This document shows positions 27,411-33,005 of a DNA stretch of 33,005 bases, piece by piece (the first letter of the stretch is position 1; the number at the start of each line of letters is the position of its first letter). The position numbers and the translations under genes are program-made. The notes below the pieces were generated by a model that ran no database searches, was not told where the DNA came from, and saw only the letters and a program-made list of their open reading frames with translations. This DNA is from a virus, in UHGV virus genome UHGV-0323875. One strand, written 5' to 3'.

Positions 27411-28759
27411 TGACGTGGAAAGACAGACTTCAGGACGCGTCATTTCGCGGTGTGCCGTTTAAGGTTGAAGAAGAAAGTACGGGAACCGGTCGTCGTGTGG
27501 AAACGCACGAATACCCGAACCGCGACAAACCCTATACCGAAGACCTGGGGAAAATCACTTTCCGCCCGTCCATCACGGCTTATGTGGTGGGAGATGACTG
27601 CTTTGACCAGCGCGATCGCCTGATTGACGCGCTGAATAAACCCGGTCCCGGCACGCTTGTCCATCCGACTTACGGTGAGCTGAAAGTCTGTGTTGACGGA
27701 GAGGTTCGGGTCAGCACATCGAAGAGTGAAGGGCGTATTGTCCGCTTTGACCTGAAGTTTGTCGAAGCGGGAGAACTCTCTTACCCCACTTCAGGTGCGG
27801 CGACGGCGCAGACGCTGATGTCATCCTGTTCTGCACTGGATGACTGCATCAGTGACAGCTTCAGCGGTTTCAGTATCGATGGCGTGGCGGATTTCGTGCA
27901 GAACGACGTTATTGGTAATGCCAGCATAATGCTGGGGTATGTTTCTGATGCGATGAAAGTGGTGGATTCTGCCGTATCGGATGCCGCCAGGCTGTTGCAG
28001 GGGGATATCTCGGTACTTCTGCCGCCGCCATCGTCAGGCAAAAATTTCGTTGAGCAGGTGCAGAAAATGTGGCGTACCGGGAAACGCCTTTATGGTAACG
28101 CCAGCGATCTGGTCACCATGATCAAAACGCTTTCCGGTGTCAGCCTCGGCAGTGATCTGCAACCGCGCGGCGTCTGGAAAACGGACAGTAAAATCCGCAT
28201 TCAGATCTGCTTTCACCCGGCGCAGCGCCAGAAACAGCGCATCACTGGTTGTACGGGACAACTCCTTATCAATTGCCGTATTCAGTGTGTCGCGAATGTC
28301 AGTCAGTTCTTCCCACGTCGGCAGATCAACCGTGTTTTTCATCGCCGGTGCATTGTTCAGTGCCGGATGCGTGACGGAAGGCCAGCCGGTGCTCTGTGCA
28401 GCTGTTGTTGCCTGCCCCACTGCGGCATTCTGCATCACCGCGGAAGTTGTTGGCGCAGGCAATCGGGTGACGGCATACGCCGCTTCGCTGATTGCGGTCG
28501 TACGAAGGGTGCTGGCAACCACGTTACGCTGCTGCGTCGCCGTAGCGGTGGTTTTACTGTCCGTTTTCCAGACGCCAACACGCGCCTTGAACAGTCTGCA
28601 CGGATCATTCAGCGCACACCGGATGAGGTTTTACCCGCGCTGGTGCTGGCGGCGACCTGGTTTGATAACGCGACGCGTGACGCGGACATTATCCGGCGTA
28701 ATGCCATTACGCATCCCGGCTTTGTGCCGGTGATCCCTCTGAAGGTGCCAGTGCAATGA
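27411..28759 (+). CDS. DNA circulation protein (Mu gpN/gp43-like); carries an internal 358 bp segment in inverted orientation but remains one open frame
   Basis: N-terminus MTWKDRLQDASFRGVPFKVEEESTGTGRRVETHEYPNR; residues encoded by 28194..28551 are Cys/Arg-rich junk on the plus strand while the minus strand reads TTATATQQRNVVASTLRTT...KADLNAD. Confidence 0.65.
28169..28193. repeat. Left arm of a perfect 25 bp inverted repeat (GGCGTCTGGAAAACGGACAGTAAAA) inside the DNA circulation gene
   Basis: Exact reverse complement of 28552..28576. Confidence 0.9.
28552..28576. repeat. Right arm of the perfect 25 bp inverted repeat (TTTTACTGTCCGTTTTCCAGACGCC)
   Basis: Exact reverse complement of 28169..28193. 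Confidence 0.9.
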
Positions 28760-29835
28760 ACGATAACGTCACGCTACGGGTAAATGGCCGGGAGTGGAAT
28801 GGCTGGACATCGGTGCGCATCGGTGCCGGTATTGAACGGCTGGCGCGGGATTTCAGTGTGGAGATCACCCGCCAGTGGCCGGGAGATGAGGGTATCACCA
28901 CGCTTCAGCCGCGCATTAAAAACGGTTCAAAAGTGGAAGTGCTGATTGGTGATGAGCGGGTGATCACCGGCTGGGTGGAGGCGACTCCCGTTCGTTACGA
29001 TGCCCGTTCGGTCAGCACCGGTATTGCCGGACGCAGTCTGACCGCTGACCTGATTGACTGTGCAGCCGAACCGACACAGTTTAACGGACGATCGCTGGTA
29101 CAGATTGCGCAGGCGCTTGCTGCGCCTTTCGGCATTGAGGTGGTGAACAGCGGTGCGCCGTCGGGTGTTATTCCTGATGTCCAGCCTGATCACGGTGAAA
29201 CGGTGATTGAGGTAATCAACAAAATACTCGGTCAGCAGCAGGCACTGGCTTACGACGATCCGCACGGCAGGCTGGTGATTGGCGGTATTGGCTCAACGCG
29301 GGCACATACCGCGCTGGTACTTGGGGAAAACATCCTTTCCTGCGATACGGAGAAGAGTATCCGGGAGCGGTTTTCTGTTTACCAGGTGGCGGGGCAGCGT
29401 GCCGGAAACGACGATGATTTCGGTGAGGCCACCACCACCGCGCTGCGGGCCCGCACAGAGGACGCATTTATTGCCCGTTACCGTCCGATGTATATCAGGC
29501 AGACAGGGCAGGCTACGGGGGCAGGCTGTATTGCGCGTGCTGACTTTGAAGCCCGGCAACGGGCGGCGCGGACGGATGAAACCACCTATGTGGTGCAGGG
29601 CTGGCGACAGGGTAACGGTACGCTGTGGCAACCCAACCAGCGGGTGATTGTCTTTGATCCGGTCTGTGGTTTTGACAATACCGAACTGCTTGTTTCGGAA
29701 GTCACGTTTACTCAGGACCAGAACGGCACCCTGACGGAAATCCGTGTCGGCCCGCCTGATGCTTATCTGCCTGAACCTGAAGACCCCGGCGCGCGGAAAA
29801 AGAAAAAAGCCAGAGTACAGGAGGACCCGTTCTGA
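28756..29835 (+). CDS. Baseplate hub protein (Mu gpP/gp44-like)
   Basis: 359 aa; position after the DNA circulation gene. Confidence 0.65.
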   Translation: MNDNVTLRVNGREWNGWTSVRIGAGIERLARDFSVEITRQWPGDEGITTLQPRIKNGSKVEVLIGDERVITGWVEATPVRYDARSVSTGIAGRSLTADLIDCAAEPTQFNGRSLVQIAQALAAPFGIEVVNSGAPSGVIPDVQPDHGETVIEVINKILGQQQALAYDDPHGRLVIGGIGSTRAHTALVLGENILSCDTEKSIRERFSVYQVAGQRAGNDDDFGEATTTALRARTEDAFIARYRPMYIRQTGQATGAGCIARADFEARQRAARTDETTYVVQGWRQGNGTLWQPNQRVIVFDPVCGFDNTELLVSEVTFTQDQNGTLTEIRVGPPDAYLPEPEDPGARKKKKARVQEDPF

Positions 29836-30383
29836 TGAGGACGATTGAAGCCATGCAGCGACAACTTCTCGGCCTGATTGGGCGGGCAGTGGTGAAAAGC
29901 ATCAGTGCCGCCACGAAATGTCAGACCGTGGATGTGTCCCTGATTGCCGGTGAACCCAAAGCCGGGGTTGAACATCTTGAACCCTACGGTTTTACCGCAA
30001 GGGCAAACAGCGGTGCGGAAGCGGTGGTGTTGTTTCCGGATGGCGACCGTTCTCATGCGGTGGTTGTTACGGTGTCGGACCGGCGCTACCGCCTGAAAGG
30101 GCTGCATACGGGGGAGGTGGCTGTCTATGACGATCAGGGGCAGTCCGTGACGCTGACCCGGGAGGGGATCGTGGTGGACGGTGCAGGTAAAACAATCACG
30201 TTTCGCAATGCGCCTAAGGCTCGTTTTGAAATGGACCTGGAAGTGACCGGACAGGTGAAAGACCTGTGCGACTCCACCGGCACCACCATGTCAGCGATGC
30301 GGCTTGCCTATAACGGGCATCGTCACAGAGAGAACGGTCAGGGCAGTAACACCGACAAACCTGATAAAGCGATGGAGGCATGA
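29835..30383 (+). CDS. Baseplate assembly / spike protein (gpV, Mu gp45-like)
   Basis: 182 aa; conserved order. Confidence 0.6.
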   Translation: MRTIEAMQRQLLGLIGRAVVKSISAATKCQTVDVSLIAGEPKAGVEHLEPYGFTARANSGAEAVVLFPDGDRSHAVVVTVSDRRYRLKGLHTGEVAVYDDQGQSVTLTREGIVVDGAGKTITFRNAPKARFEMDLEVTGQVKDLCDSTGTTMSAMRLAYNGHRHRENGQGSNTDKPDKAMEA

Positions 30384-30808
30384 TGGAACTGTGGCTGACG
30401 GTGAACGGTAAACGCACCTGCGCCAGCGCACCGCTGGATCCGCTGACCCGTGCCGTGGTGATTTCCCTGTTCACCTGGCGGCGGGCTGAACCTGATGACA
30501 ATGCCGACGTCCCGATGGGATGGTGGGGGGATACCTGGCCTGCGGTACAGAATGACCGTTACGGCTCCCGACTGTGGCTGCTTCAGCGCAGCAAACTGAC
30601 CAATCAGCTGGTGCAGACGGTAAGGGGATATATCCGCGAATGCCTGCAATGGATGATTGATGACGGCGTGGTGTCCCGTATTGATCTGGATATCCGCCGC
30701 ACCGGGATTAATGAGCTGGGTAACAGTATCACCCTCTGGCGTCGTGACGGACCGGTAATGATTTCTTTTGATGATCTGTGGAGTGCGATAACGCATGGCG
30801 GACAGTGA
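30380..30808 (+). CDS. Baseplate wedge protein (GPW/gp25-like, Mu gp46)
   Basis: 142 aa; conserved order. Confidence 0.6.
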   Translation: MMELWLTVNGKRTCASAPLDPLTRAVVISLFTWRRAEPDDNADVPMGWWGDTWPAVQNDRYGSRLWLLQRSKLTNQLVQTVRGYIRECLQWMIDDGVVSRIDLDIRRTGINELGNSITLWRRDGPVMISFDDLWSAITHGGQ

Positions 30809-31853
30809 ATTTCAACGCCCGACGCTGGCAGAAAATATCAGTATGCTCCGTAACGATTTATTCGCCAGGCTGGACGTCAGCGACACGCTCCGGCGCATGG
30901 ATGAAGACGTGCGGGCAAAGGTGTATGCGGCGGCGCTGCATACGGTTTACGGTTACATCGATTATCTGGCAATGAACATGCTGCCTGACCTGTGCGATGA
31001 GTCCTGGCTGGCGCGACATGCTGCGATGAAACGGTGTCCGCGCAAGGGGGCCACGTCTGCCAGCGGGTATATGCGCTGGGAAGGTGTCAGCGATGGCCTG
31101 AAGGTGACCGCCGGGAGTGTTATTCAGCGCGATGACCTGGTTCAGTACACGACAACTGACGATGCAACCAGCTCCGGTGGTGTCCTGCGCGTGCCGATCG
31201 CCTGCTCAAGTGCAGGTGCGGTCGGTAACGCTGACGACGGTACGGCATTAATCCTGGTCACGCCGGTGAATGGTCTGCCGTCTTCCGGTGTGGCTGACAC
31301 CATTACAGGCGGATTTGATACTGAAGAGCTGGAAACGTGGCGCGCCCGCGTCATTGAGCGGTATTACTGGACGCCGCAGGGCGGGGCTGACGGGGACTAT
31401 GTCGTTTGGGCTAAAGAAGTGCCCGGCATTACCCGCGCATGGACATACCGTCACTGGATGGGAACGGGAACTGTCGGTGTGATGATTGCCAGCAGTGACC
31501 TGATTAATCCCATTCCGGAAGAATCAACGGAAACGGCAGCAAGACAACATATCGGGCCACTGGCCCCGGTGGCAGGCTCTGATTTGTATGTATTCAGGCC
31601 GGTGGCACATACGGTGGATTTTCATATCCGCGTGACGCCGGACACACCAGAAATACGGGCTGCCATTACCGCGGAGTTGCGTTCGTTCCTGCTGCGTGAT
31701 GGTTATCCGCAGGGAGAACTGAAGGTATCGCGTATCAGTGAGGCGATTTCCGGTGCGAACGGGGAATACAGCCATCAGTTGCTTGCACCGGTGGACAATA
31801 TCTCCATTGCGAAAAACGAACTGGCGGTACTGGGGACGATTTCATGGACGTGA
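30795..31853 (+). CDS. Baseplate J-like protein (Mu gp47-like)
   Basis: 352 aa; conserved order. Confidence 0.65.
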   Translation: MADSEFQRPTLAENISMLRNDLFARLDVSDTLRRMDEDVRAKVYAAALHTVYGYIDYLAMNMLPDLCDESWLARHAAMKRCPRKGATSASGYMRWEGVSDGLKVTAGSVIQRDDLVQYTTTDDATSSGGVLRVPIACSSAGAVGNADDGTALILVTPVNGLPSSGVADTITGGFDTEELETWRARVIERYYWTPQGGADGDYVVWAKEVPGITRAWTYRHWMGTGTVGVMIASSDLINPIPEESTETAARQHIGPLAPVAGSDLYVFRPVAHTVDFHIRVTPDTPEIRAAITAELRSFLLRDGYPQGELKVSRISEAISGANGEYSHQLLAPVDNISIAKNELAVLGTISWT

Positions 31854-32428
31854 CAAACGATGATTACATCCGCCTGTTATCGGCACTGTTGCCGCCCGGT
31901 CCGGCGTGGTCAGCCAGCGATCCGGCGATTGCCGGTGCGGCACCGTCATTAACCCGTGTTCATCAGCGTGCGGATGCCCTGATGCGGGAGCTGGATCCGC
32001 GCACCACCACTGAACTGATAAACCGCTGGGAGCGTCTGTGCGGTCTGCCGGATGAATGTATTCCCGCAGGGACACAGACCCTTCGTCAGCGTCAGCAACG
32101 GCTGGATGCGAAGGTTAACCTGGCGGGCAGCATCAACGAGAATTTTTATCTTGCACAGCTTGCTGCCCTGGGCAGACCAGATGCCAACATCACGCGATAC
32201 GACAAAAGCACGTTCACCTGCTCATCGGTCTGTACTGACGCGGTGAATGCGCCGGAATGGCGGTATTACTGGCAGGTCAACATGCCAGCCGCCACAAACA
32301 CCACCTGGATGACATGTGGCGATCCCTGTGATTCCGCGCTGCGTATCTGGGGCGACACCGTTGTCGAATGTGTGCTTAACAAACTCTGCCCGTCGCATAC
32401 CTACGTAATTTTTAAATATCCGGAGTAA
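31844..32428 (+). CDS. Tail protein (Mu gp48 / YmfQ-like, DUF2313)
   Basis: 194 aa; immediately precedes the tail-fibre gene. Confidence 0.6.
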   Translation: MDVTNDDYIRLLSALLPPGPAWSASDPAIAGAAPSLTRVHQRADALMRELDPRTTTELINRWERLCGLPDECIPAGTQTLRQRQQRLDAKVNLAGSINENFYLAQLAALGRPDANITRYDKSTFTCSSVCTDAVNAPEWRYYWQVNMPAATNTTWMTCGDPCDSALRIWGDTVVECVLNKLCPSHTYVIFKYPE

Positions 32429-32431
32429 TCC

Positions 32432-33005
32432 ATGCATCGTATAGACACGAAAACCGCGCAGAAGGATAAGTTCGGCGCGGGTAAGAACGGTTTTACCCGT
32501 GGTAACCCCCAGACCGGCACACCTGCCACCGATCTGGATGATGACTACTTTGACATGTTGCAGGAGGAACTTTGCAGTGTTGTGGAGGCATCCGGTGCCA
32601 GCCTAGAGAAGGGGCGGCATGACCAGCTGCTTACAGCGCTTCGTGCGCTGCTGTTAAGCCGCAAGAATCCGTTTGGCGATATCAAATCGGATGGCACGGT
32701 GAAAACGGCTCTCGAAAACCTTGGTTTGGGAGAAGCGGCAAAACGAAATGTGGGAACAGGGGAAAATCAGATACCTGATATGTCATCATATGCATCAGGT
32801 TCAGGCTGGCGAAAAATGCCAGATGGTTCAATTGAACAGTGGGGACGAATTAGTTTTCCTGGTGATTACTTCGTCTATATCAACACCTTTTTCTTCAGGC
32901 CATTCACCTTTTTCAACATAAAGAGACTGAAGTTCGTAAGGATATGCCAGGTTGTTTACGTACAGATATTTCATCATTACCAGCCCTTAGCGAAAAACGC
33001 ACCAC
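32432..33005 (+). CDS. Side tail fibre protein, N-terminal part (StfP/StfE-like); the reading frame becomes antisense junk after about residue 143
   Basis: [48 protein letters not shown] is a conserved tail-fibre N-terminus; a [14 protein letters not shown] motif follows; downstream [17 protein letters not shown] is F-rich and antisense to a minus-strand gene start. Confidence 0.6.
   Translation, partial: MHRIDTKTAQKDKFGAGKNGFTRGNPQTGTPATDLDDDYFDMLQEELCSVVEASGASLEKGRHDQLLTALRALLLSRKNPFGDIKSDGTVKTALENLGLGEAAKRNVGTGENQIPDMSSYASGSGWRKMPDGSIEQWGRISFPGDYFVYINTFFFRPFTFFNIKRLKFVRICQVVYVQIFHHYQPLAKNAP
32828..32977 (-). CDS. Tail-fibre-assembly-like gene start ([37 protein letters not shown]), apparently truncated after about 38 codons
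   Basis: ATG with an AAGGG RBS and an in-frame upstream stop; the N-terminal pattern (AYPYEL...G.WPEE) resembles Tfa proteins; the remainder is antisense of the tail-fibre gene. Confidence 0.4.
   Translation of the reverse strand: MMKYLYVNNLAYPYELQSLYVEKGEWPEEKGVDIDEVITRKTNSSPLFN

Larger units (their letters stand above)
813..33005. mobile_element. Mosaic temperate prophage (lambda-like control region, HK97-like head, Mu-like contractile tail; SfV/KplE1/e14-like); right end beyond the window
   Basis: Contiguous int, xis, immunity, replication, Q, lysis, terminase, head and tail modules in canonical prophage order. Confidence 0.85.

Noticed and set aside
28034-28522. Independent minus-strand gene of 162 aa
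   Set aside because: Its protein-like part is the inverted internal segment of the DNA circulation gene, and its tail (RFPDAARLQIT...) is antisense of that gene; best explained by the inversion, not a separate gene.
28169-28576. Gin/Hin-type invertase crossover sites as the 25 bp repeat arms
   Set aside because: The arms are not internally palindromic and only weakly resemble the TTCTTGAAAACC half-site; the recombination mechanism is left open.
1-33005. CRISPR arrays, rRNA or tRNA genes, insertion sequences
   Set aside because: No spaced direct-repeat arrays, no rRNA or tRNA-like sequence and no transposase-like ORF were found; the only tandem repeats are the iterons inside the O-like gene.

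Overview
The window is almost entirely one mosaic, SfV/KplE1-like temperate prophage of an enterobacterial host, running from a lambda-type int/xis pair at the left edge to a tail-fibre gene at the right edge. Left to right: an AT-rich unknown gene (minus strand, runs off the window) behind a consensus LexA box; int (scrambled) and xis; a leftward block of YfdR/YfdQ/YfdP-like accessory genes; a ~430 bp GC-rich non-coding stretch; a CI-type repressor (HTH + S24 peptidase) flanked by CTAAG-type palindromic operators; cro, cII-like and an O-like replication initiator carrying iterons; a PerC-like protein, a LexA DNA-binding-domain-only protein, RusA, KilA-N and a DUF968/HNH-like protein; antiterminator Q and a tR'-like terminator; a lysis cassette (holin, second membrane protein, GH19 endolysin, Rz/Rz1); an AT-rich moron; HNH endonuclease, TerS and TerL; an HK97-type head module; and a Mu-type contractile tail module including a chaperone with a -1 frameshift site. 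The most unusual signals are short inverted-repeat-bounded inversions inside two genes: a 290 bp segment of int between 37 bp repeats (int is a pseudogene) and a 358 bp segment of the Mu-N-like DNA circulation gene between perfect 25 bp repeats, open in frame in both orientations. The tail-fibre gene also turns into antisense of a tail-fibre-assembly gene start near 32862, consistent with a third event whose far end lies outside the window. Product names are from motif recognition by eye; no database searches were run.
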